Assembly (NCBI GenBank): GCA_964019335.1
Contig: OZ025701.1
Location: 186,001-250,000 of the forward strand
Reading direction: 5' to 3'
Source of the DNA: Diplonema japonicum
Lineage: Eukaryota; Protista; Euglenozoa: Diplonemea
Length of the DNA stretch: 64,000 nt
A program made the translations under genes and the position numbers. Below the pieces are notes generated by a model, which saw only the letters and a program-made list of their open reading frames with translations, did no database searches and was not told the origin of the DNA. This document shows, piece after piece, positions 21,658-33,297 of this stretch. Position 1 is the first letter of the stretch. Every line of letters begins with the position of its first letter.

Positions 21658-23956
21658 TCATACCTCAAGTCCCATATGCGACACAAGGACAAGGCCACTG
21701 TCTTCGTCATCAATGCTACTGGGTTGCACTTCTTCCCGGATTTCCGTGACGATCTCTCGACCGTCCCTCTCGGCAAGAATGGGTTGAAGCCTGGCCATCT
21801 TCCCCCCAGGGTACGCCTCGGTCACCTCCACAGGGCGGTGCCCCACATCCTCCACATATCGATCCTCCAGAATCCGTACTTTTTGCTGAAGTTTCTGCAT
21901 CTCCTCCTCCTGCATGCGGACTCTGTCTTCAAGCCCAGCACGCTGCCGTTCCAGCTCTTGCCGTTTTTGTCGCTCGGCCATGCTCTGGCGTCCTGCGGTG
22001 GGGAGGATCCAAGGGTCCAACCGCCGCAGAGAAAAGTCGATGTCGATCAGCGGCCCCGTGCAGTACAAAGGGGAATAGGTCGGGTTGATGATGGCCCTCT
22101 CATGCTCGGAGTACAGCGCCGCCCACGGGCATGGCATCTTCTTGTGGTACACGCTCAACCGGTACCGCTCAGCGTCGGAGTTGCAAAGGAAGGACGAGTG
22201 CTTCCCCGAACAATGCTGCTCGGCGATGACCCATAACAGTTGTTTTGTGAACTCGAACGCCTGCGGGTGCTGTTCCAACAGCTGCACCACACATGCTAGC
22301 CATTGCACAAATGTCGGGGAACCGGCTGATGTCAGCTCCCCGCACACACCCGGCGTGTCCTCGGGATGGCCTCCTGTCACAACGGGAAGTGCTGAGTTCA
22401 CCTTGAGACCGCTACACCTTGATGAGAACCGGTGCCCTAAGGACACCCATTCCTTTTCAATGACAGCTGTGAAGCCGTCATACGTCCTGGAGTAAGGGTC
22501 AAGGATGATCTGCGCGAGGGATGTGATCTGCGGGGTGCGGTCCCACCCGTCGCTGCAGTGCACCAGAACAGACGACTTGTGGTCGTGGACAATGGACACA
22601 ACCTCAAGGCCGGCGGCCAGGATGGACCTGATGTGCTGCAGCCATTTCGTTTCTTCGATGCCAGTGTCGCGTCCGCCTATTGTTTCCGACCCCACGCGTG
22701 CCATGATGCACCCAGGGCGGGGTGACGATGCCTCACCTGCTTCGTCATCATCCGATTCCTCTCTTAAAAGCGTCGCGATTTTGCTGTCTTGGTACCTAGC
22801 GGCTTCTTGCACCTTGTGCATGGATTCAGACACAACGTGGATGTTGTGAATGCCGCAGAAAAGGACCTTTGTGTTGCTGTAGTTCGATGATTCGTGGCCG
22901 CCGCCCTTCGCGATTTGGTTTGCAAGAGCGTTGCCTCTTGGCCGAAGGTCCAGGATGTATAGCGCTTTGTTCTTGCAGTCTATTAACGATCGTTGTATGT
23001 GGTCCAAAAGAAGCTCGTCTCCTTTGTTCCGCTTGTTCAACATGCCGACTAACGGCTGCGAGCACCTTGACACGGTAGCACCGCTCTCCCTGTCTCGATA
23101 CGACAGAACAGGAAGCCGTGCTTTTGCACGAAACACCGCGGACTCCTTCAAGGTTGCCTCTGTAGCCAACGACGGAACAGCAAGAAGCTCGGGATAAGTT
23201 GGACACAATGCGAAATCTCTATTTACCTCAGTGATCCTCCAAGTCTTCGACAGGTCTGAAGGTGGCGGTGGGACCTCCGCGTCTCCGGGTAGCAAGTACG
23301 AAGGTATGATAACACCCATCCTCAAATATTCTGTGAGTGTTCGCAACCGTGGGTTTCGCATCCTTGTGAAGGACTCCGATGCCTTGGCAGGCTCTGACAT
23401 CGCTATAGGCAGCTTCGGCTGTATTAACATTTCTAAAAAATGGCTTAAATCCGCCGCATTAGCACCCCACACGGCTAAGATCCCCACTGCACCTGTTCTA
23501 AGCAGAACCTCAACGGTGTAACACTCGTTGGTAACTAAGAGGATTTCAAAGCAAGACGAGACAGCTCTCAAATGGCGTTTCAATTGTGATGTTTTGACAC
23601 TTTTTGTAGTCACGTGGGATATACACCCGACTGGAGTGGTGAATACTGGTGTGTTTTCGTGTATTAATGCGAGCCTGTACGTGGTTAGGAGAAGCTTGCC
23701 TACAAGGACTCCTTCAGGGCGTTGTTTTTCTTTGAGATGTCCTTCAGAGGGATCGACCAGGCCTACTAGGCTGACGAATGGAAGGCTGCCCACCCCTGCT
23801 TCCCCCGGGATGAGTGACGGTTCTTCTCCGTCTCCCCACCATAGTTTCTCTACTGGTTCTTCCACCACTGTCCATCCATCAGCGCCTCCTCCCCCTCCTC
23901 CCCCTGGCGTAGATGAGACAGTAAGCGGTGGTGGCGGTCCTAGAGACACTTTGCCA
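21658..23956 (-). CDS. Myotubularin-family phosphoinositide 3-phosphatase (5' end unresolved)
   Basis: Active-site VHCSDGWDRT, plus WRITEVNRDFALCPTYP, RCSQPLVG and IEKEWVSLGHRF. PH-GRAM-like N-terminus and C-terminal coiled coil. No in-frame ATG near the 5' end. Confidence 0.92.
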
Positions 23957-25158
23957 CTTTTTTTTTTTTTTTTTTTTTTAAAAATCAAATCTGATCTCCT
24001 CGCACCCTCCCCTCCAACCCTCCTTTTTTTTTTTTTTTTTCCTACAAAAAAAAATGAAACGAAAGAGGGAAAAAAAAAAGTAAGAGAAAAAAAATCAGGA
24101 AAGATAAGGGGGGGGGGGGGAGCAGAAAAAAGATGGTGGTAAAACTATTCAAGGGGGTTTGTGTTGGTATACTTTTTTTTTTTCCAGTTTTTTTTTTTAA
24201 AAAAAAAAAAAGAAGTTTTTTTTCCCTTCTTTTTTTTTCCCTCTAAAAAAAGTTTTTGATGACCTATTTTCTTGTGTTTTTTTTGGGGGGGAGGACTTAC
24301 TAAGATTGGGGAAAGAAGACTAAGAACAACCTCCACGTAGGCCGGGGGAGTGCCTCTTTCTCTTTTTTCATACCCGTAAATTTTCTTTTTTTTTTCATTC
24401 TCAAGAATCATCGTCCAAGAAAGCAGATCAACAGCAGAACGAAAAGAAAGAGAAAAAAGTTTTTTTCTTCCTACTGGGTGGGAAAAAAAATAAAGGGGTT
24501 AGGATGTCTGCATTTTTTTCTTCTTTCCCCTTCCCCAGTTTTTTTTTTTCCGTCTTTCTTTTCTCTTCTCCCCCATCCGAAAAAGTGAAAAAATGGTTGG
24601 TTGAAGAGCTTTCTTTTCGTATTTTGTTTCATTCTTTTTTGTTCTCTACTCTTCCATTTACTACATCTAGAGCAGTCGATAAATCGGCGCAGAGGGGGAG
24701 AGGCCCCATTCCTGCCCTCCGCTGACCAAAATGAAAAAAAAAAAAAAAAAAAAAAAAAAAAGGAATGAGCAGCACCTCAACTCTCATTTACTTAACCTCA
24801 CTGTTTATTATTTCTTATTTATTTATTTATTTTTTTTTTTTACGGAATGTTTGACAGACATCAAAGAAATTCACGGGGGAAAGGGGAAAAGTGGGAGATA
24901 TTAAAAAAAAAAATTCCTTTTTTTTTTCTGAGCAATGGCTCAAATTTCTTCGAGAGGGGGGGCGGGGGGGGGGGGGTTTCCTTTCAGTCAGTTCAGTGAC
25001 AAGGTTTCTTGATCAAAAAAAAATGTTGTTCATTATTTCTTCTTTCCCTGAAAAAAAAAAGTGAGAGGGGGGTAAACAAGGTACAAAAATAAAAAAAAAA
25101 AATACGGACATCAAAAACTTTTTTTTTCTCAGAACAAACAGCTTTTTAAGACCAAACC

Positions 25159-25195
<37 letters not shown>

Positions 25196-25230
25196 ACTTT
25201 TTTTTTTTTTTTTTTTTTTTTTCCAGCCTT

Positions 25231-26143
25231 TCAAGCCTTGCTCAGCTTTTTAAAGCACCCTTCGCAGACCCTCTGTTTTTCCTTGTGTCCCTTCAGGTCA
25301 GCTTTTTGCGTGGAGCAGGCCTGGCAGAACACATTACCGCACTGACGACAGTGATGCCTACGTTTTGTCATGGTAAATTTATCCTTGCAGCCATCGCACG
25401 CAACAACATTCTTGTCGGGTTTCCATGCCGAAGGGCTCACAGGCGCCAGGGCGGCCTCACGTGCCGCTGCCTCTTCTGCCTGTCGCTTCTCGAAGGTTGC
25501 CCTTTCATCCGCTGTGAGAGGGGCAAAGCGTAGCATTATAGTTAGCTTGTCCCCCACGGCATCCTTCACCTCAGCTGGGCTTTGTACCTTTACACCGTCG
25601 ACGTGAGACAGCCGCCAACCTACATATTTACCAATTTCGTATCTCGACGAAGGGCTGTCGTCACAGACTTCAACCAAAACCATTTTCCCGCATGATGGGC
25701 CTCTGTCGAAGCACATTCCCAGTTTTTCGTAATCCGACCACCGGCCTAACCTGACATCTACAGCGCCTTCTTCTTTAGGTGAGGTGTCTACGTTTTCGCC
25801 TTTGGGGGAGCTTGGGGACGCCGGGGAACGGGGGGAGTCTTTTTTCTCTTCCGCCGCGGCTTTTTTTTCCTTTTTCGCTTTTTTCTCTTTTTTTCTAGGG
25901 GACACCTCGGCCTCGTTCGCCTCGGCCTCGTCGATGTGGATGCAGTCCTGTTGCAAGCCTTGAATCTTACCGCCACCTTCGAGTTTTACATCGTAAGTAC
26001 CATCTTCGTTTACCTTCTTAATCTAAGGGAATGGGGGGGGAGTGAAACAGTTTTTTTTTTTTTTTTCCAAATACCTTCGCAAAAACCCATGTATCTTTGT
26101 CCTGGATGTATGCCTGAACAACGTCACCCGCTGCTGCAGTCAT
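25231..26143 (-). CDS. Tudor-like + PDZ-like + FYVE domain protein (286 aa; intron 26023-26074)
   Basis: Exon 1 MTAAAGDVVQAYIQDKDTWVFAK joins in phase 0 to IKKVNEDGTYDVKLEGG (Tudor/Agenet-like). PDZ-like segment IGKYVGWRLSHVDGVKV. FYVE motif WKPD...CDGC...RRHHCRQCGNVFCQACS...RVCEGC. Confidence 0.88.
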
Positions 26144-27317
26144 TTTTTTTTTTTTTTTTTTTTACTTGGGGAGTTTCAGATTTTTTTTTCTTGAGGATTA
26201 TAAAAAAAAAGGGCGGCGGGTGAAAGAGGATTTTACTGAACAGAGAAAAAAAAAAAGAGGGGGGATAAAAAATATAAAAAAAAAAGAAAAGAAAAAACCA
26301 CCTATCAATCAACCGACAAGAAATGGCGTAAAATTCCGTTTCTTGTGTAAATTACTATGTTTCCAATGCTCTTTTTCCTTACATATAAAAACACGTTCTT
26401 TTTATTTCTTTTTTCTTTTTTTTTTTAATATTCTTTCTACGAAGGGGCAAGGGCAAAGGTTGTGCCTATCCCTCTACACCTCTTCTCATTTCTTCTTACT
26501 TCTTTTTTTTCTAACTACATTACCTGTCTTCGTTAATAATAAGGGAACGGGCGAGGGAGGGTGCAGACAGGCCATAAATAACATCTAATCTTTTGCAAAG
26601 GAAAACCTCCTTTTTTTTTTTTTTTTTTTTAATTCCGTTAATCAACAACACAGTCAAAGACCGCCTTCTCCTAACAAATGAGAAATTTGGCTTTTGCGTT
26701 GCATCTTCGAAACACAAAAGAAAATAACAAAAAAAAAGAAAGAAAAATGTGCCACAAAGATGCTGCAAAACAGATGGATAAGAGAAAAGGGAGGGAATGG
26801 TACGAGACAAGACCGAGTGGGAAAGGGCTCCCAAGGAACTTTGGGTGAGTAAAAATAACAAAAAAAAAAAAAGAAGGAAAGAAAGAGGGAGTGGGGTAAA
26901 CCTTTATAAAAATTATAGTAAAGAATAAACAATAAACACAGTTTCAGAGAATTTAAAAAGAAAAGGCCACACAGAAAAAAAAAACCCCCCGGGCCACGTG
27001 TCGTGGGTTAGAAAAAAAAAAAGGAGACAAAGGAGGTCCCTGCGGCCCTGCACAAGAACTGCCTACTTGATTACAGGGCGCGCGCTTCGGCCGGGCTCGT
27101 AGCTTCTGCATCCCGCGTCGTCCCCTAAATATGCGCGGTGTGCAGCTCAACCCCAGCCAGGGGCGCCTCGGGCCCCCTCCTCTTTTCTTTCTTTACGCGG
27201 GGTTTTCTAAAAAAACAAATAAAAAAAATTTTTTTTCTTCGTTTCGCGTTAACGAAAAAGGGGGTTAGGGATAAAAAATTTTAGGAAGAAAAAAAAAAAA
27301 AAAAAATACGTATCGAA

Positions 27318-27890
27318 TCACTGAAACTGGGCAAGCAATGCATCAATAGTGATTTCTTGTTTGCAGATGGGGCAGGTTTTGTGATCGGCAATCCAAGGCT
27401 GCAAACAGTCGCTGTGGAAGACGTGAGAGCAGGGGAGAAAGATGGCAGCGTTGTCGTCTTCAAGAGCTGTGATACAGATGGGACAGTCCTGCTCATCTGC
27501 TGCCTCGCATTTCTGGAAGGGTTTAACTATGAGAAAGTCATGCAGTTCACTGTCCAGGCCTACCTTCACGTCTTCGAGCTGAGAGAGAAACTCGTATGTC
27601 ATAGGGACACCTCCTATGTACTCCACCTCACCATCGTCTTCTGCTGCGAGCCTTCTTCTGTGAAGCAAGTGGGGGGCTTGCTCTGCCGCGGCCCCGGCCC
27701 TTGTTTTACTCCGGCTCCTGCTTCGCTTTTGCCCCTCCTCCTTCTTCTCTTTACCGTTCTTATTCTCGTATTGTTTTCTCTTCTCCATCCCCATCAACCT
27801 TCTCTTCTCCATGTCATTTCGCCGCCTCTCTTCAATCCGCGACATGTCCCCCGCCACCACTGGCCTCCTTGTTGGCACCCGGCCGCTCAT
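27318..27890 (-). CDS. RING-H2 E3 ligase-like protein (190 aa)
   Basis: MTYEFLSQLEDVKVGL followed by CPIC...LPCSHVFHSDCLQPW...TCPICK. Confidence 0.9.
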   Translation of the reverse strand: MSGRVPTRRPVVAGDMSRIEERRRNDMEKRRLMGMEKRKQYENKNGKEKKEEGQKRSRSRSKTRAGAAAEQAPHLLHRRRLAAEDDGEVEYIGGVPMTYEFLSQLEDVKVGLDSELHDFLIVKPFQKCEAADEQDCPICITALEDDNAAIFLPCSHVFHSDCLQPWIADHKTCPICKQEITIDALLAQFQ

Positions 27891-28180
27891 TTTTTTTTTG
27901 TTTGCTCAACTTTTTTTTTTTTTTTTTTTTTTGCACAATTTCACAAATCAAAAAAAAAAAGAGGGGCAACAAAAAAAAAAAAAAAATGGTGAGAGAAAAG
28001 AAACGGAGTGGGGCAAGGGAAACAAAAAAAAAAAATGCGGGACAAAAAAAAAAAATCTAATATAAAAAAGTGGGGAGCGGGAAAAAAAAAAAAAAATAAA
28101 TAAAAAAAAAATAAACTCCCTTCTTTTTTAAAAAAAAGAAAAGAGAGAGGGGGGGAAAAAAAATCGAAAATCTAATTTCT

Positions 28181-30271
28181 CTACTTCCCGGAAGAAAGCA
28201 CGCTTTGCACCACAGGGTCGGCATGCCCGTCACGGAGAAGGGCGTCGAGAGCTTCGGCACCACCATCCCGCTTCTTGACCTCCGTAATGTACCTATCAGC
28301 CAGATGGTCCTCCCACTTCTCAAAAAGCTCAGATTCATCATAATCGTACCTAAGGTTTTTGTACGCCTTCCCAAGGAAGACTTTATTGCGAAAGGTTGTG
28401 ATGTTTCTCTTGGACTTCGCCAGCGCGTCCTTAATGCTAACCGTTGTGAGCTCTTCAGGATACATAGTACTATAGGTAGGGTAAGCCGCTTCTAGAAGGC
28501 TAACCTTCTCTTGCATCAAATGCGGCCAATCGCCACAAACCATTGACATCCAGTAGTCCCATTCAACAAATATCATAGGCGCTGCTTCAGTAACCTTAGT
28601 ACGGGTCAATCCTTGCGAATATTTCTTCCCCCACATGACGCATAAGTTTAGCAATTCCCCTGCTGATGCACGCGATCGCCTTGCCAGCTGGTAGTGATAC
28701 AACGAGAGTAAATAACACAGCCTCAGGTAACACCAATGGTCTCGCGAGAGGTATTGCAAGGCACGCTCTGTTAAATCCTTCAGTTTCTCGTACTGTCCTT
28801 TTTCCGCGAGGTCCTTCTTGCCGTGCATGTCGTGGACCTCTCTTTCGATGCTGTTCTCCCTCTGCAGCTCCTTTTCCATGTCTGTGTCTGTCCAGGTTCC
28901 TTTGCATGCTGCGCAGAACCAAGCTTTTTCATTGTACAAACCGCGTTCAGCGTCGAGGAGTTTTGTGCCTTTTCGATATCTTGTTGCGTCATCTGAGTCG
29001 CCTGAAACAGAGCCTTTCCCGCATGGGCAGCGGATGCCCCTTGTGTGGTCTGTGCCAATGCAACGTTCGCATTTGCATACAAAGAGATGCGTCTGCCGTA
29101 GGACTGTTTGACGGACCTCAGCGCTGTGTACTAAGAATGAGGTGGAGTTGTAGGAAAACGTTACCAAGCCGTCCTTTGGGATGTTCTTGACAGCGATCCA
29201 TTTGCACTCCCCACCGTCATACAGAACGTTTGGCGTGCAGCTGTGAGCCATCTTGGATGCAACGTCGAAGATCCCCGCCTCCGCGTGTGTTGATGCGGGC
29301 CGTTTCATACCGTGCGCGTTGACCTTGTTGATCATGATTAGCTTTAGAATGGTTTGCTGTCCCAACTGTTTGAACACCTCCATTAAAGACAGCCTGTAAG
29401 CGATGTTGACCAACACCACCGCGATAGGGGACAACGGGATCGTTGGGCAACAACACGCCATTACAATATCCTGCTCTTCCTTGGACAGTTGTAAAAACCC
29501 GAATAGAATACCAGAAAACGCATCGGCTACCCCATTGTCCTCGCAGATCGCAGCGACTCTATCCTCATCAGGAAAACGCTTCTTCACGATACGGTTGGGG
29601 TCCACACTTTGTTTCGATTTCTCAACAATATCATCTGTTGCTGTTGGGGACAATGTTTGGGTTTCGTCAAACCCGGCATCGCGCAGAGCTTCCTTTGGTG
29701 GTACCGGGGGTTTAGGTGTGGGCTCGGTAAGTGGTTTATCACCCTCCACAGTTGGTTCGTTTTTCCTCACCCAGTACACAACAGGGTGCTCCGTCATTAC
29801 AATAGAGCCCATGGGGAAAGGCTTCAGAGCTGTTAGTGTTCGCCCCATGCCTGTTGTGTGTGTGGTGCTTACGTTGAAGTGGACTTCTTTGATAGATGCG
29901 ATTTTGTCGAGCCAGGGTTGTCTGTCGTCTTGAGGTGTGAGCTGTCGGAGGCCTTCCCTTAAGGTTCTGATGGCGTCTCTTGTTAGTCCTAAGGCTACTT
30001 CTGCGTTAGCTTTTCTGATGAATGCTTTCGGCCACTTGTTCTCGCTGTGTTCCATGCACCCTACGGCATCGTCTAAGGCGCCCTTTGCATCTTTCATCAC
30101 CAGCTTCGCCTCGGACCTGTTCCCTAGTAAAAGATAGTCGTTTGGCACTGCCTCTAGCCCCTCTGTGTACTTTTCGATTGCCTCTTCGCTCCGCCCTGCA
30201 ACCAACGCCTTGTTCCCTGCCTTGCGTGCCTCGACCGACCTCGCCACGTCTTCTTCTGACGGTTGTTTCAT
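28181..30271 (-). CDS. TPR + SMYD-type SET domain protein (696 aa)
   Basis: Three N-terminal TPRs (GNKAL...AIEKYTEGL...LLGNRS), a split SET domain (GMGRTLTALKPFPMGSIVMTEHP ... NAHG ... KMAHSCTPN ... VTFSY) and post-SET FVCKCERC. Confidence 0.88.
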   Translation of the reverse strand: MKQPSEEDVARSVEARKAGNKALVAGRSEEAIEKYTEGLEAVPNDYLLLGNRSEAKLVMKDAKGALDDAVGCMEHSENKWPKAFIRKANAEVALGLTRDAIRTLREGLRQLTPQDDRQPWLDKIASIKEVHFNVSTTHTTGMGRTLTALKPFPMGSIVMTEHPVVYWVRKNEPTVEGDKPLTEPTPKPPVPPKEALRDAGFDETQTLSPTATDDIVEKSKQSVDPNRIVKKRFPDEDRVAAICEDNGVADAFSGILFGFLQLSKEEQDIVMACCCPTIPLSPIAVVLVNIAYRLSLMEVFKQLGQQTILKLIMINKVNAHGMKRPASTHAEAGIFDVASKMAHSCTPNVLYDGGECKWIAVKNIPKDGLVTFSYNSTSFLVHSAEVRQTVLRQTHLFVCKCERCIGTDHTRGIRCPCGKGSVSGDSDDATRYRKGTKLLDAERGLYNEKAWFCAACKGTWTDTDMEKELQRENSIEREVHDMHGKKDLAEKGQYEKLKDLTERALQYLSRDHWCYLRLCYLLSLYHYQLARRSRASAGELLNLCVMWGKKYSQGLTRTKVTEAAPMIFVEWDYWMSMVCGDWPHLMQEKVSLLEAAYPTYSTMYPEELTTVSIKDALAKSKRNITTFRNKVFLGKAYKNLRYDYDESELFEKWEDHLADRYITEVKKRDGGAEALDALLRDGHADPVVQSVLSSGK

Positions 30272-30766
30272 TTTCTCTTCTTTTTTTTTTCTTCTCGTTT
30301 CCTCCTTTTCCCCTTTTGTTTTTGTTTTTGTATTTTTCGGGAGGGGGGGGGGAAAAAAACTTTAGAAAACGAAATCTTTCTTTTGATACTGATAATAAAC
30401 AAAGGGTGTGGGCGGGGGAGGGGAGGTGGAAAAAAAAAAATAAGGGGATGGGTGGGACCCTTTTTTTTAAATTTTTAAAAAGAACAGAAATATTACGCTT
30501 CCCCCCCCCCCCCCTTCACTTGTCCCTTCCTTCCTCCCCCTTTTTTTCTTTTTTTCCACACACTATTTGCTCCTTTCAAATGAAAAGGGAAAGAGAAGTG
30601 AAGTAAATATAAAAAAAATCAAACTGTTAAGGTTTTGCGCCCTTTTCTTTTTCTTTTCTCCCCCCCCCCCCCCCCCCCGCGCGCTCACCCAGCATGTCCT
30701 GCGGCTTAGAATAAAAAATAGAAATAAAATAAAAAAATTTAAAAAAAAAAAAAATCCCATTTCCAT

Positions 30767-32170
30767 CTACTCCTTCATCAGCCTGCCTACCTTCCTCGCG
30801 ACGGTTCTCTCAGCAGGCAGAGCGTGGGCTTTGAAACTTGTTCTGATGGCCTTTCCAAAGGCTCCTTTGAAAACCGGGCTAACAGGGGAGGATCCGGCAA
30901 GTTCCGACACCCTATGCAAGAAAAACGGCCGGACAGAGTCGGGGAGGAAGCTGGCGAATGGTACCGCGGCGAGATCGGTAGCGGAGAGCGAAGAGAAGAG
31001 CATATTAAGAAGCGAGCCACACCCATGAGCGGACGCAATGGCTTCCTTCACAAGAGACCTATCATCCAAAGCAGCATAACAAAGCGCCCATGACCGTGCA
31101 TAACCGCACACCAAACTCTTCGATACCATATTGCAAGAGGTGCGGAGGTCCTGCAGCGCGGAGGATCGCATAATACTTGACTTAACCCCGCCAAGGGTTT
31201 TTCTGAACCGGTTCAAGCCTCTGTTGCACATAAATGCGGACTTGAGGCTCTGGCTTAGACCCGTCTGCTCAAGCAATGCATCACCTGTAAGGGTGCCCTG
31301 ATGGAAATCATCGCAATTGTAAGAACGGTCGGACAGTTCAAGAACGATATCAAGCGAACCCTTAGCTGCTTCGAACAGCTCGGACATGTTGCTGACAGGA
31401 ACACTGTTAACTGTTATTACGTTCATTCCAACACAGAATTTTGCTTCGGAAACAATGGCAGGTGTGTTTTCCTTGACTTCAAGAAGCTCGAGAGTGTCCG
31501 GGTCGAGAAGTGTTCCCATCGGCTGCGATTCTTCTGTTTTTTTTATGGTGGCCTTGATGTTGTGCGAGGCTGGGAGTTGAGGGGTTTTGTCGCAGTCTTT
31601 GGGGAGGATGACATCAACATCGTGTTCTTCTGTTTGGAGGTCGGAGAAATCATCAGAGGTGGAGGAACCGGACGGGGACAGCGGTGCGCCTTCGTTCATA
31701 AATTGCTTGATCTCTAGTTTGAAGTTTTCGATTAGTTTTTCCATCACTTTCGGGCCTTCTTTTTTGATGGTTTTGAGCAGTTTTAGGCAGACTTCTTGGT
31801 TTCCCTCTGGTTTTTTCCCGTCTATTTGTACCTCCCAGCCCTCCTCATCCTGATCGATTTCGTGAACGTTGAGACTACCGGTTACCTTGTTGTCGTTCTC
31901 CTCTCCAACGTATTCCAACTCTATTGTTACTTGAAAATAGTAAACGAGTTTTTTTTTTCTGTTCATCAGCCCGCAGTCGCCCTCGTACTTCTTCACGGTG
32001 AAGGAGAAGCCTTCCAAGAGCGTGGTGCTGTTCTGTACTACCAGCGTCTCGAATTTTTCTTTCGCCCACTGGGAGATGTCTTTCTCCGTCCAGTGCCAGT
32101 TATTCACATTTGCTCCATCTGTCCTGTCCGTAACGATCCATCTAGGGTCTCCCTTACCCACTTGCGCCAT
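30767..32170 (-). CDS. Aha1 N-terminal domain protein fused to a PDZ-like domain and an unknown C-terminus (467 aa)
   Basis: MAQVGKGDPRWIV...NVNNWHWTEKD and NRKKKLVYYF are Aha1_N signatures. The middle QPMGTLLDPDTLELLEV...VGMNVITVNSVPV segment is PDZ-like. Confidence 0.85.
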   Translation of the reverse strand: MAQVGKGDPRWIVTDRTDGANVNNWHWTEKDISQWAKEKFETLVVQNSTTLLEGFSFTVKKYEGDCGLMNRKKKLVYYFQVTIELEYVGEENDNKVTGSLNVHEIDQDEEGWEVQIDGKKPEGNQEVCLKLLKTIKKEGPKVMEKLIENFKLEIKQFMNEGAPLSPSGSSTSDDFSDLQTEEHDVDVILPKDCDKTPQLPASHNIKATIKKTEESQPMGTLLDPDTLELLEVKENTPAIVSEAKFCVGMNVITVNSVPVSNMSELFEAAKGSLDIVLELSDRSYNCDDFHQGTLTGDALLEQTGLSQSLKSAFMCNRGLNRFRKTLGGVKSSIMRSSALQDLRTSCNMVSKSLVCGYARSWALCYAALDDRSLVKEAIASAHGCGSLLNMLFSSLSATDLAAVPFASFLPDSVRPFFLHRVSELAGSSPVSPVFKGAFGKAIRTSFKAHALPAERTVARKVGRLMKE

Positions 32171-33002
32171 TTTCTTTTTTTTTTTTTTTGATGTTTGTTG
32201 TTTCTTGATGATTTTTTGTAATATATGGCAGAGGAAAAAAAAAGTTTTTTATAGGAGGGGTTGACTAGAAAGGGAAAGTAAAGAGGGGAAGGGGGGGGGG
32301 GAAGGTAAAATAGAGACATAAGAGGAACGGTATTGGAACAAAAACCAAAAGAAAAAAAATGGGAATGGGTGTGTGTGTTGTGTTTTTTTTTTTTTTTTTG
32401 AAGTGAGGGAGGAATCACAGGCTAAAAAAAAAAAAATAATAATAATAATAAAAAAAAAAGATTTAAAAAGAAAAAGAAGAAAGAAAAACTGCCGAAGTTT
32501 TTTTTTTTTTTTTTTTTTTTTTTCGCATTTTTTAAAATGAAACTGACTGCTGTGAGTATTTTTCTTTTTTTCTTTTTTCTTTTTAAAGTTCGAACAAGTC
32601 GAGGACTTGTTTAAAAAAAAATCTTTTTTTTTTTGGGGAAAGAATGAAAGAAATAAATCTGTTTATAAGGGGGATGACATAAGGAGAGGGATGGGGGTTC
32701 TTTTTGTATTTTTTTAAAAAAAAAATTTTTTTTTTTGCTTATCCTTGCATAACAAAATTAAGGAAAATAAAAACTGTCCCGGGCCTTTTCTTATTTCTAC
32801 TTATGTACTTTAAGAAAGGCAGGTTCTCTGTTTTTTTTTACCTTTTCACAAGATTTTTTTTTTTTTGAAACTCCCTCAATTCCTTCTTTTTTTTTTTTTT
32901 TTTTTTAAAAGAAGGAGAAAAAAAAAAGAGGAGGAGGGGAGGAATACAAAATGAAAGAAAAGAAAAGGGTTGGGGGAAAAAAAAAGTTAAGGAAATGGAA
33001 AG

Positions 33003-33043
<41 letters not shown>

Positions 33044-33266
33044 TCATTCCACCACTACAAGAGCAGTTTTCAGCAAACAAAATTGATCTAAGTTAAGGAG
33101 AGGTAAGGTGCTTCTGCTCCCTCTGCTCCGTCATCAGTTTGCCGGAAAGAGTTTCAAAAAACAAAAAGTTAAGACTGTGAGATTGGGCACTCAGTTCTTG
33201 CTGGTACTACTTATTAGACCATCACTTTGGTCACTTTACCTTCCTCCTGGTGCTCTCGGTCGTAGG

Positions 33267-33297
<31 letters not shown>

